DNA of 64,000 nt, taken from the NCBI GenBank assembly GCA_965661285.1, contig CBFIDD010000002.1, positions 1-64,000 of the forward strand. The letters are read 5' to 3'. The DNA comes from Poseidonia sp. GTDB taxonomy: Archaea > Thermoplasmatota > Poseidoniia > Poseidoniales > Poseidoniaceae. The notes under the pieces were generated by a model. It did not search any database. It had not been told where the DNA came from and saw only the letters and a program-made list of their open reading frames with translations. Below, one piece after another: positions 9,674-18,174 of this stretch. The position numbers and the translations under genes were made by a program. Each line of letters opens with the position of its first letter. Positions within the stretch are counted from its first letter, which is position 1.

Positions 9674-9840
9674 TGGGAGACGGTCCGAATCCTAAAGCAA
9701 AGCATTCCAAGTACAAGGTTGAGGACGGCAAGCTCGTTCGTGCTGAGTCATGTCCTGAGTGCGGTCCCGGCGTTTTCCTCGCTGTCCACGGCAACCGCAA
9801 ATCCTGCGGTCGCTGCGGCTACACCGTGATGACTGAATGA
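9673..9840 (+). CDS. rps27ae: 30S ribosomal protein S27ae (55 aa; below the ORF-track cutoff)
   Basis: Manual translation [55 protein letters not shown]; [12 protein letters not shown]...CGRCGYT is the S27ae signature; TGATG overlap with rps24e. Confidence 0.93.
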   Translation: MGDGPNPKAKHSKYKVEDGKLVRAESCPECGPGVFLAVHGNRKSCGRCGYTVMTE

Positions 9841-9856
9841 CCACACCGTGGTTTTC

Positions 9857-10828
9857 TCAGAAGGGACTCGTTTCCCATGAGCCATCGTTGAACAGCACAA
9901 GTGCACTGCGGACAACGGGGCATATGTGAACGGGCAATTCTTTGGTAGCTCGGCGGTCAACCACACGGTCTGATATCACGACTTCTTCGCGCCAGCCGGC
10001 GATTCTCCATCCTTCTATCTTTGAATCCCATGTTGCATTCTGCACCGGGCCACTCAACTGGAGATGGTGCTTGACCTCATTGTTGTAACTCCAGGTCACT
10101 CTTCCGGTTGCAGAACAAGCGAGGTGTTGACCCCCGTGTACGAAGTGATGTTCAAGAGGAGCTTCAACACCTTCGAGCAAAAATTCCTCAACGAGTTGAC
10201 CTGTTTCAAGCGAACGTCGCTGCACACGCCCTCCTTTTGATGTGATCAGAAAATGGTTTTCCTCAAGATGCAAAGCGACCACCTCTTCATTTCGTGGGCG
10301 TTTTTTCGGGTAGCCCCAATCCGAGGGCGGCATTCGCCAGTGCTCTTCGGCGCCGATACCGATTTTGTACATGCCACGATTGTAGAGGTCGAACACGACC
10401 GAATCCTCGTTACTCACCAATGCCATGGGTTCCGCATCAAGGGCATGGGCCCATGTGGTTCCAGCAGGGTAGTGATTGGTCCGAGTTCCAATCGACGTTC
10501 GAATTTCAGAGCGCTTTTTTCCCTCTTCTGCAGTTCCAACGGGCATGGAGGCCATGCATGCGACAAGCAGTTCACGGTCCAGCCACGTAGCGATGAGTTG
10601 ACCCTGCGAAATGGAGGCTTGGCGCATGCGCATCGGATGGGGACATTTGACCTCGGTGAGCGGTTTCATTTCCTGGTCCAACCAGAGAAGTTCACCTTCC
10701 ATTCCAGATACCATCACCCCTTCATCGTGGTGGACAACGAGGTCCGGTAGGAAGGGGATTGGGGGTGGGAGGTCCGCGTCCATGATGGGAAACCGGCGCA
10801 CCGGTATGTGAATGCTCGTCTGCGTCAT
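9857..10828 (-). CDS. hypothetical protein, possibly beta-propeller
   Basis: Long ORF with beta-rich repeats ending in W; start chosen at MTQTSIH to avoid overlap with divergent dtdA. Confidence 0.65.
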   Translation of the reverse strand: MTQTSIHIPVRRFPIMDADLPPPIPFLPDLVVHHDEGVMVSGMEGELLWLDQEMKPLTEVKCPHPMRMRQASISQGQLIATWLDRELLVACMASMPVGTAEEGKKRSEIRTSIGTRTNHYPAGTTWAHALDAEPMALVSNEDSVVFDLYNRGMYKIGIGAEEHWRMPPSDWGYPKKRPRNEEVVALHLEENHFLITSKGGRVQRRSLETGQLVEEFLLEGVEAPLEHHFVHGGQHLACSATGRVTWSYNNEVKHHLQLSGPVQNATWDSKIEGWRIAGWREEVVISDRVVDRRATKELPVHICPVVRSALVLFNDGSWETSPF

Positions 10829-10858
10829 TTCCAAATAGGACCCGGTTGAGGGTTGTGC

Positions 10859-11812
10859 ATGGATGATGCGACGGTGATTCTCATCGCTGTCAATCAACAG
10901 GACATCGCCAGCACCAACCAAGCCAAAGCCTTGCGGAGCATGGACGAGTGGCGGGAAATGCCATCGGTCGAAGGCAACCCCGCCTACGCTTTGGAGCACC
11001 TGAGGATGCTCTACCTTCCGGACGGTCTTCTGTTTGAAGACCACCTTGAATCACGCTGGGAAATGGCGACGGGTGAACGGGTCTCGGAGATCATCTTTCC
11101 ATCGCGCCACGTCGCCGCCAGCGGTCGCCCTTCGCTCACCCTTCATCCGATTGGTGTGCCACACTTGCCAGCGGGTGAACAAGGCCCCTATGGAGGCCAA
11201 GGCGGGCTGCCCCCTCCCCCCTCCCCTCGTCTAGCACCGTGGTGGAAAATGCTCCTTCAGCAAGCAAAGCAGGAAAACAGCGTTGAGGGTTTTGATGTCT
11301 CGCTTGAGGTGACCCACCACGGTCCGAATGTGGCGGTCCCCACCTTGTTTATTGAGGTGGGTTCAACGGAGGCCACATGGGGCCATGTCGGTGCCGCAGA
11401 ACTCTTGGCGAACGTCATGAGAAAGGGTTTGCTCGAACAACCAAAAACCACCTGGTGCCCCGAACGCAACGAAGGCGAACTTGTTCTTGTCACCCTTGGC
11501 GGTGGGCACTATGCTCCTCGAGCGAATCAATTGGCAGCGCTGGACGGTGTTTGGCTCGGCCATATGTTGGCAAGCTACGCGTTGCCGTTTGAGCAGATGC
11601 CTGACGGTGAGGTAGGTGGGACGTGGAAGCCATCCATCCTCGCTGCATTGGACAGCACGCGTCGTTCTTTCCCCGGTGGGAAACTCGTTTGTTCAATGGA
11701 CAAAAAGGCGTTTCGAGGTTGGCAGCGTCAAGCGGTTCGAGCATTGCTTCACGAAGAGGGCATTCCTCTGTTGACAACGAAACAAATCAAGGCGCATCTC
11801 GGCCTTGTATAG
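10859..11812 (+). CDS. dtdA: D-aminoacyl-tRNA deacylase (archaeal DTD2 type)
   Basis: DIASTN, IFPSRH, SLTLHPIG, EVTHHGP, FIEVGSTE, GGGHYAPR, GHML motifs. Confidence 0.92.
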   Translation: MDDATVILIAVNQQDIASTNQAKALRSMDEWREMPSVEGNPAYALEHLRMLYLPDGLLFEDHLESRWEMATGERVSEIIFPSRHVAASGRPSLTLHPIGVPHLPAGEQGPYGGQGGLPPPPSPRLAPWWKMLLQQAKQENSVEGFDVSLEVTHHGPNVAVPTLFIEVGSTEATWGHVGAAELLANVMRKGLLEQPKTTWCPERNEGELVLVTLGGGHYAPRANQLAALDGVWLGHMLASYALPFEQMPDGEVGGTWKPSILAALDSTRRSFPGGKLVCSMDKKAFRGWQRQAVRALLHEEGIPLLTTKQIKAHLGLV

Positions 11813-11857
11813 GTTGACGCACAAAGGGTCAAAGAGCGCCTCCTTTGTGGGGTTGTC

Positions 11858-12835
11858 ATGGTGGGATGGTTCTCCAAGTTGGTCGTCGCCACCACCGTGC
11901 GGATGCCAAAGTGGTTTGTTCGCTGGGTCAGTCGTCGCTACGTTGCTGGAGCTTCACTGGATGAAGCCGTCGCCGTGATGAATCGGCTCAAGAGCGAAGG
12001 TGCCTGCTTTACCATTGATGTGCTCGGGGAAGAGATTTCCTCCATGGATGAAGCACAGTTCTTCTTTGACGAATATACTCGTGTGATGCAGGCCATCAAA
12101 TCAAACGGTCTGGATGCCAATCTGAGCATCAAGCCCACCGCCTTTGGCTTGCTCATCAACCCTGATCAGGGATTGCAAAACATTCGCAAACTTGTGCAAA
12201 TGGCCGCTGAAGAGAACATGTTTGTCCGTCTGGACATGGAAGACCATCGTGTGACAACCGACACCATTGAGGTGGTTACCACGCTGCACGGTGAAGGACT
12301 GACCAACGTCGGGACCGTTCTCCAAGGGCGCCTTTTTCGCACGCTCGCTGACATCGGTGAACTGGAGACCGTTCTCGGCCCTCAAGCAGACTATCGCATC
12401 TGCAAAGGCATCTATCTGGAACCGGAGGACATCTCCTACACCACCTACCAAGACATTGTTGACGGAACAAACGCAGCCATCGACCGAATGTTCGAGGCAG
12501 GTGCCTATGTTGGTGTTGCCTCTCACGATATGCCGGTTATCAACCACACGTTGTCCGCTCTCAAAGCGTTCGGGATGGGCCCGGGCATCGAAGACCCCCG
12601 ACCAAACGCTGGCCCTGCCCGTCATCACAAAGGGCCGGGCTATGAATTTCAAATGCTCCTCGGCGTTCGAGGTCCCCTGCGTCGTCGTTTATTGAAGGAA
12701 GGTCACCGCACCCGGGTGTACATCCCTTACGGAGAAAAGTGGTACGAATACAGCATTCGCCGCCTCAAGGAAAACCCTACCATTGGTGCACAGGTCGCCA
12801 AGGCGTTCATCATGCCTTGGACCAACCGCCCGTGA
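11858..12835 (+). CDS. proline dehydrogenase (monofunctional)
   Basis: RYVAG, IDVLGE, SIKPTAFG, VRLDMED, RICKGIY.EP, ASHD, EFQMLLGVR, RVYIPYG..WY.YSIRRLKENP. Confidence 0.92.
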   Translation: MVGWFSKLVVATTVRMPKWFVRWVSRRYVAGASLDEAVAVMNRLKSEGACFTIDVLGEEISSMDEAQFFFDEYTRVMQAIKSNGLDANLSIKPTAFGLLINPDQGLQNIRKLVQMAAEENMFVRLDMEDHRVTTDTIEVVTTLHGEGLTNVGTVLQGRLFRTLADIGELETVLGPQADYRICKGIYLEPEDISYTTYQDIVDGTNAAIDRMFEAGAYVGVASHDMPVINHTLSALKAFGMGPGIEDPRPNAGPARHHKGPGYEFQMLLGVRGPLRRRLLKEGHRTRVYIPYGEKWYEYSIRRLKENPTIGAQVAKAFIMPWTNRP

Positions 12836-13609
12836 TCATGTTCGCTTTTTCTTCTTGCTCCGTTTTTTCGAAGCGTTCGGATGAACACCTTTCTTGACCT
12901 GCTCCTTTGGGCGCTCTGGGTTGGGGTTGTAGCCCAAACGTCCTTCTTTCCAAGCCTGTCTTCGCTCACGAGGTGTTCGAGGCGTGAAGTGTTCGGGATT
13001 TGGGGGTTCGTGCAGGTACATCCGCTTGATATCAGGGGCCTTCACGGTCCCTCGGAGCGTTCGGCCCGCTCCCGTATGGATGGCTCGGATTCTCCATGTT
13101 TCACCGTTATGCTCCATCAGATGTGAGCCGGTGAAGGTGGTTTCTTGTGGTACGACGATCACGTCGGCAGTGGAATCTTCGCCTCGCGTCAGCGTCAATT
13201 TTACGCGGACCATATCGGTTCGCAAGGCGGTGATTCGGATGATATTCGTGGCGATTTCTGCGCGTGTCGTCCGGTCTCCATCAACTTCGATTTGATGTAT
13301 TTTCCAAAGTTTGCCATCTTCTTCAAACACATCACCAACGACAAACTCCTCATCGGCGTCAACCACCAAAACAACACGCTCTGATTTCGGCCCTTCTGTC
13401 AGGATGAACGGTATATTCTTCGGAGGCGGTGGTCGAAATTCAACGGTGTGAACATGTTGGCATGCATCGCAACGAAGCATGAAATCCGCTCCATTGCCAA
13501 CAGGCTTCTCTCGAATGATGGCGTGGCCGGTGAGTTCGTCACATACTGGGCAATGCGTGGCGTTTTCGAGGATTTCTTCTTCCTCTTCCCACACATCGTC
13601 ATCTTCCAT
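12836..13609 (-). CDS. archaeal Zn-finger protein (HVO_0476-like) with basic C-terminal tail
   Basis: CPVC..H...RCDACQHVH followed by two repeated beta domains (EEFVVGD...IHQIE; ...IRAIH); K/R-rich tail. Confidence 0.7.
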   Translation of the reverse strand: MEDDDVWEEEEEILENATHCPVCDELTGHAIIREKPVGNGADFMLRCDACQHVHTVEFRPPPPKNIPFILTEGPKSERVVLVVDADEEFVVGDVFEEDGKLWKIHQIEVDGDRTTRAEIATNIIRITALRTDMVRVKLTLTRGEDSTADVIVVPQETTFTGSHLMEHNGETWRIRAIHTGAGRTLRGTVKAPDIKRMYLHEPPNPEHFTPRTPRERRQAWKEGRLGYNPNPERPKEQVKKGVHPNASKKRSKKKKRT

Positions 13610-13706
13610 GGGTCTCCCTCATGCCTCCGCTGAACCCACGAGGTTTGAACCCTCCGTTCACGGGCTGGGTGCAAGACTTGATGTTGGGGATGAACGACCA
13701 ATGTGC

Positions 13707-14441
13707 ATGGCTGACCTCCCTGAGGAGATCGTGCGAGAGGAAATTCTTGCTTATCTCATGACCAAGGACACGCAACAACCTCGAGATGAACCGGAGATTG
13801 CAGCCAATATTCACGCACAACTCCAACACATGGGGCTTTCGACATGGTCCATTTCCGTCCATCGGCGATTACGCGATGCTGTGGCTCGGTTGCGCCCTTC
13901 AACCGTTCTCGAAGTTGGGGCAAGCATCGGTCATCGTACGGCTTGGCTTTTGGATCAGTTCGAACGCTCAGATGCCCGGCCAGCTACTTTGACGGTGGTG
14001 GAGCAAGGCGGAAAATTCGGCGTCATTCTTCAGCGATTGCTGCAACGCTACGAGGCCATGTCTTGGGCGTCGGTCGTGGTCGGTGAGCCTGAGCAATTGG
14101 CCGCAGAGCACCAAGCTTGGCAGCTGGCTGCGGCAACCAATCAAGAATTGTCTCAAACACCATTTGAACGCGAATACGATGTGATCGTCATTGATGCCCC
14201 ATCGCCAAACAGGGCTTCCTTCGTGGCCAGCTACCTCCCTTTTCTCTCAAAAAACGGCGTCCTGTTCACGGTGGAACCGGACATGCCAAGTGGCGAGGTG
14301 GACGAAGATGACGAAGCCGGCATGGCGCTTGTCAACGGATTCAACCGATGGATTGAGGTGGTTGCAGAGTCGAAGGATACCCACCATCTCGCTTTCATGC
14401 CCCTCTTCGGAGGCACCCTGGTTGCGTGGTTGCCTCGTTAA
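13707..14441 (+). CDS. class I SAM-dependent methyltransferase-like protein
   Basis: VLEVGASIGHRT (motif I), YDVIVIDAP, LSKNGVLF; start could be 13701 or 13707. Confidence 0.7.
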   Translation: MADLPEEIVREEILAYLMTKDTQQPRDEPEIAANIHAQLQHMGLSTWSISVHRRLRDAVARLRPSTVLEVGASIGHRTAWLLDQFERSDARPATLTVVEQGGKFGVILQRLLQRYEAMSWASVVVGEPEQLAAEHQAWQLAAATNQELSQTPFEREYDVIVIDAPSPNRASFVASYLPFLSKNGVLFTVEPDMPSGEVDEDDEAGMALVNGFNRWIEVVAESKDTHHLAFMPLFGGTLVAWLPR

Positions 14442-15613
14442 TTTTGCGTGGTCGCTTCCTCGATGAGTCCACGTATGCTCAACAAACCGTAGCCGTAGTA
14501 ATCATCATGGCCGACTTGACCGTCTTCGGGAACAGCACTGTTCATTAGCCACTGTTTGACGGCGTTCACGTTGTCTGAGCCACCTTGAGACTGGTCGGCT
14601 CGCAAATCCGGTTTCGCTTCCAGTAACAAACACAACGCTCCCGTGACGTAAACCGTGGCCGCGCTGGTTCCGTCAGCGATGCCCCAGCCGCCGTTGTTGA
14701 GAAGCACGGGTACACCTTCGGCGGGGGCAACAACTTCGGGTTTTTTGTTCGGGTCTCCACGTGGCATGAGCACCGGGAGGGGAAGCAGGCGTCCGTTGTT
14801 GTCGCCCTTTGACGACCCTGACCAGTGGGTGCCTTTGATGGTGACACCACCAACAGAAATGACGCCGGCCTCGCTCGATGGATGGGCGACATCGCCATCA
14901 TCGTCCTCACCGTCGTTGCCAGCCGCAGCAACGACGTAGATACCAGCGTCAGTGGCATCTTCGGCTGCATCGCCGGAACTCCGGCCGGATCCCAAGGTGA
15001 AAGGGAGAATATCGGGTGCGCCTCCCAGTGAGAGAGAGATAACATGAGCACCGTTTTGCGCACACCAATCGATGGCCTCTGCCACGATTTCGTCGTTTCC
15101 ACTTCCGTCTGAGGAAAGCGCTTTGGCCACCAACAAATTCACGTTTTTTGCCACGCCTTTCAGCCAACCATTCGCGACCAAAATTCCGGCCATGGACGTG
15201 CCATGGCCGTGGTCGTCGTAGGGCTCGCCTCTGTTGTTCACGAAATCTTTCCAGCCAACCAAGTTGATGCCTTCCAAGTCAGTATGGTCGCTGGCTATTC
15301 CCGAATCAACGATACAGGCGGTGATTCCAGACCCCGTCAATTCCGGACTGGCGGGTTGGATGAGGTCATCGTATGCCGCATGTCGCTCAAGCGCGACCTC
15401 ACTCGGGCGCAGCAACACCGCACCGTCGGTCAACACCACTGCAGTAAGATAACCTGCAGCAAGGACCAGCGTGATGCCCAAGGTGATGCTCACGAGCAGT
15501 TTGATCGTACGAAGATCATTGGGTTCATTGTTGAATTCATCAAGGAGGCGAGGGGTGAGCACCTCGACTGCCTCGTCATCTTCCGGAGACGAAGAGAAGT
15601 CGTAGATCGACAT
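14438..15613 (-). CDS. membrane-anchored S8 (subtilisin-like) serine protease
   Basis: Catalytic triad IVDSG, DHGHGTSMAG, DGTSAAT; oxyanion AAGND; KPEVVAP; YGYGL; N-terminal TM. Confidence 0.9.
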   Translation of the reverse strand: MSIYDFSSSPEDDEAVEVLTPRLLDEFNNEPNDLRTIKLLVSITLGITLVLAAGYLTAVVLTDGAVLLRPSEVALERHAAYDDLIQPASPELTGSGITACIVDSGIASDHTDLEGINLVGWKDFVNNRGEPYDDHGHGTSMAGILVANGWLKGVAKNVNLLVAKALSSDGSGNDEIVAEAIDWCAQNGAHVISLSLGGAPDILPFTLGSGRSSGDAAEDATDAGIYVVAAAGNDGEDDDGDVAHPSSEAGVISVGGVTIKGTHWSGSSKGDNNGRLLPLPVLMPRGDPNKKPEVVAPAEGVPVLLNNGGWGIADGTSAATVYVTGALCLLLEAKPDLRADQSQGGSDNVNAVKQWLMNSAVPEDGQVGHDDYYGYGLLSIRGLIEEATTQN

Positions 15614-15617
15614 ACCA

Positions 15618-16832
15618 TCAACTCAGTGTGTGAACTATTTCAGTCAGTGTATCCACGAACCGGCGGACATCGTCTTCGGTGTTGTAGAGATAAGCAGAAG
15701 CACGAAGCGAGCCCTGAGGGTGCCCGCGGTCTGCAAACCATGAATGAACACAGTGCTGACCGCTTCTCACCATGACGCCAGCGGCTTCGTCGAGCAGGAG
15801 CGCCACATCGTGGGCGGGGAGGCCGTCCATCAACAAGGAGCAGATGCCGCCACGCTGACTCGGGTCTTCGGGTCCAATGATGGACACGCCAGGGAGGTCT
15901 TTGACGCCTTGTGTCATGATGCGGTTTAATTTGATTTCATGTTCATGAACCTCGTTCATGTCAAGGGCAGCGAGGTAGTCAATGGCCGCACCAGTAGCCA
16001 TCATGCCGGAGAAATTCCCCAATCCTCCCTCGAAGCGTGCTGGTGGTTTCGCCCAAGAAGCCTCAGTGTATGTCGACGAAGAAACGGTTTGTCCTCCGGA
16101 CTGAATCGTCCTCAAGCCATCGAGGAGGTCGTATCGCCCCCACAGACCGCCCATGCCGGAAGGTCCACACATTTTGTGAATGGAAAAGGAGAGAAAATCG
16201 ATGTCCAAGGCCTTCACGTCGACATTCATATGGGGTGTGGATTGGGCGCCATCAACGGCAACGAGAGCGCCGTGGTCGTGAGCAACCTTTGTGATTTCTG
16301 CGATGGGAGCCTCCACACCGTCAAGATTTCCAACCTGACTCATGGCGACCATCTTCAGCCGGTCACCGGCTTCAGCACAAGCCGCCTCAAAGGCCTCCAT
16401 GTCAAAGGTGTTGTCTGGCATGCTGGCGACCACGCGATGGTCAATGCCCTGTTCCTGTTCAAGTTGGAGCCACGGGACGAGATTTGAGTTGTGCTCTCGG
16501 TCGGTGGTCAACACCACATCACCTTTGTCCCATGCCATGCCGTGGGCGATTTGGTTGATGGAATGGGTTGCGTTTCTTGTGAACACGATTTCATTTGGTG
16601 TGGCTGCGTTGAGGAATGAGGCCAATTTGGTCCGCGCATCCGCAACGGATTTTGATACGACTGTGCCGTAGCGGTGAACTGAACGCCCCCCGCAACCCGG
16701 CGTCTCTGTGTAATACCTGTGGATGGCGTTGATGACCGATTGAGGCTTCAGCGTGACGCAGGCATTGTCAAGATAGGCCGGTGGATTTTCTTCTTGGAGC
16801 GTAGGGAAATCGTTTCTGCAGTTGTTCAACAT
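15618..16832 (-). CDS. sufS: cysteine desulfurase, SufS/group II type
   Basis: YLDNA, FTRNAT, EHNSN.VPW, VDGAQS, SIHKMCGP (PLP Lys), VRSGQHC (catalytic Cys), RASAYLYNT. Confidence 0.88.
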   Translation of the reverse strand: MLNNCRNDFPTLQEENPPAYLDNACVTLKPQSVINAIHRYYTETPGCGGRSVHRYGTVVSKSVADARTKLASFLNAATPNEIVFTRNATHSINQIAHGMAWDKGDVVLTTDREHNSNLVPWLQLEQEQGIDHRVVASMPDNTFDMEAFEAACAEAGDRLKMVAMSQVGNLDGVEAPIAEITKVAHDHGALVAVDGAQSTPHMNVDVKALDIDFLSFSIHKMCGPSGMGGLWGRYDLLDGLRTIQSGGQTVSSSTYTEASWAKPPARFEGGLGNFSGMMATGAAIDYLAALDMNEVHEHEIKLNRIMTQGVKDLPGVSIIGPEDPSQRGGICSLLMDGLPAHDVALLLDEAAGVMVRSGQHCVHSWFADRGHPQGSLRASAYLYNTEDDVRRFVDTLTEIVHTLS

Positions 16833-17966
16833 TTACCATGCCTCCTGATCGGGTAAGAAATCCAAGGCCGGTGCATTGACGCCACATGCATTGCATGCGA
16901 TACGGTTTGGCATGGCTGCGTCGCATGTTGGACACGACGTGCCAACAACGACGACCGTGCTGCAGTCTGGAGAAAAGCAGTGGTGGGCCAGCGCTCCTGT
17001 CTCGGTGAGCATGACGTTCGATGGGTGGCCGCATTCGGGACATTTTGAGTTCTTGGGCCTTTCAACCGGGGCTTCTTCCGACATTTCAAGAGCGGCATCA
17101 ACGGCGGCTCGTGTGCGAACACTGGCCTGATCGCCGAGCATTCGCTGGGGGTACCACAACACGAAGAGAAGGAGTGGAACGGCCGGCAACCCTGTGAGCA
17201 GATGGAGCACAAGGTAACCGATGTTGGCATCTCCGTACGTTGAGATGTGGTGTAAACCCGCCCACGAAGAGACGGTGATCAGCAGAACCCAGATGCCGAA
17301 CACAGCTGTCCACCCTCGCAGTGAGTGTTCGGCAAGGGACGCCTCCATGATGCGAACATCCTCGTGAAGGTGGTGGATTTCAACGTGAAGGTCCCGAGTT
17401 TCAACCACTGCTTTCCAGAAAAAGAAGAGGAAAAAGAACACGATGAGAAGGATGAGTGTTCCTTCCATCATGTTCGCCAGATCAAATGAGAACGGGAAGG
17501 AAGGGTTGTTGCGGTGGAAGAAAATTTGCGCACCGACCAAGCCGTTCCACATCACCAAGAGGGAAATGGCGTGAACACGCATGATGGGGAAGAGCATCCA
17601 AGCTTGGTAGGCAAACCAACCCCAGCAGATGGTGGAGACCAACATCTGGAAGAACTGGAAGCCGTTGATCGCCAACAGGCCGTCAAGACCCGTGACCTTT
17701 GCATTTCCACCGTCCCAAAGTTCAGTCGAAACGGACCCCAAACAAAGGGCGAGAAGACCGAAGGCGATGGTGAGGTAGTGTTCTCGCTTCCATTCTATTC
17801 GCAGGAGCCTCATGTGAAACATCCATTCTTTTTGCAAGGTGTTGAGTTGTTGTGCAAGTGGAAATCGAGATGGAATGGGGCGTGCCAGTTCGATCTCTGC
17901 CATGCGAAACGGCAGGGTGGTTGACACGAGGTTTGTATCCACGGCGGAATCCGCCCCCTCGGCCAT
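16833..17966 (-). CDS. multi-pass membrane protein with C-terminal double zinc ribbon
   Basis: About 6 hydrophobic helices, then CPECG..HC...C..CPTC..CNAC. Confidence 0.75.
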   Translation of the reverse strand: MAEGADSAVDTNLVSTTLPFRMAEIELARPIPSRFPLAQQLNTLQKEWMFHMRLLRIEWKREHYLTIAFGLLALCLGSVSTELWDGGNAKVTGLDGLLAINGFQFFQMLVSTICWGWFAYQAWMLFPIMRVHAISLLVMWNGLVGAQIFFHRNNPSFPFSFDLANMMEGTLILLIVFFFLFFFWKAVVETRDLHVEIHHLHEDVRIMEASLAEHSLRGWTAVFGIWVLLITVSSWAGLHHISTYGDANIGYLVLHLLTGLPAVPLLLFVLWYPQRMLGDQASVRTRAAVDAALEMSEEAPVERPKNSKCPECGHPSNVMLTETGALAHHCFSPDCSTVVVVGTSCPTCDAAMPNRIACNACGVNAPALDFLPDQEAW

Positions 17967-18073
17967 GTTGGAGGGCTGGCGTTCGCCCCTTTGAGTCCTT
18001 TCGCTCGTGTGCTTCTCTTCCTCACTTTTGGAGGGTGATGGTTAAACGACAAGTGGGGTTCGGCGGGGTTAGA

Positions 18074-18160
18074 GCCGAGATCGCATAGCCTGGTAGTGCG
18101 CGCGACTGGAAATCGCGTGGGCCCGTTCCCTCGGGAGTTCAAATCTCTCTCTCGGCGCCA
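18074..18160 (+). tRNA. tRNA-Ser(GGA), CCA encoded
   Basis: Acceptor GCCGAGA/TCTCGGC, anticodon stem CGCGA-CTGGAAA-TCGCG, long variable arm, T-loop GTTCAAATC, 3' GCCA. Confidence 0.95.
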
Positions 18161-18174
18161 CAACCGCAACCTCC

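Noticed and set aside
10829-11044. Long head-to-head overlap of the 395-aa minus ORF with dtdA
   Set aside because: A downstream ATG at 10828 removes the overlap; the extension is probably not translated.
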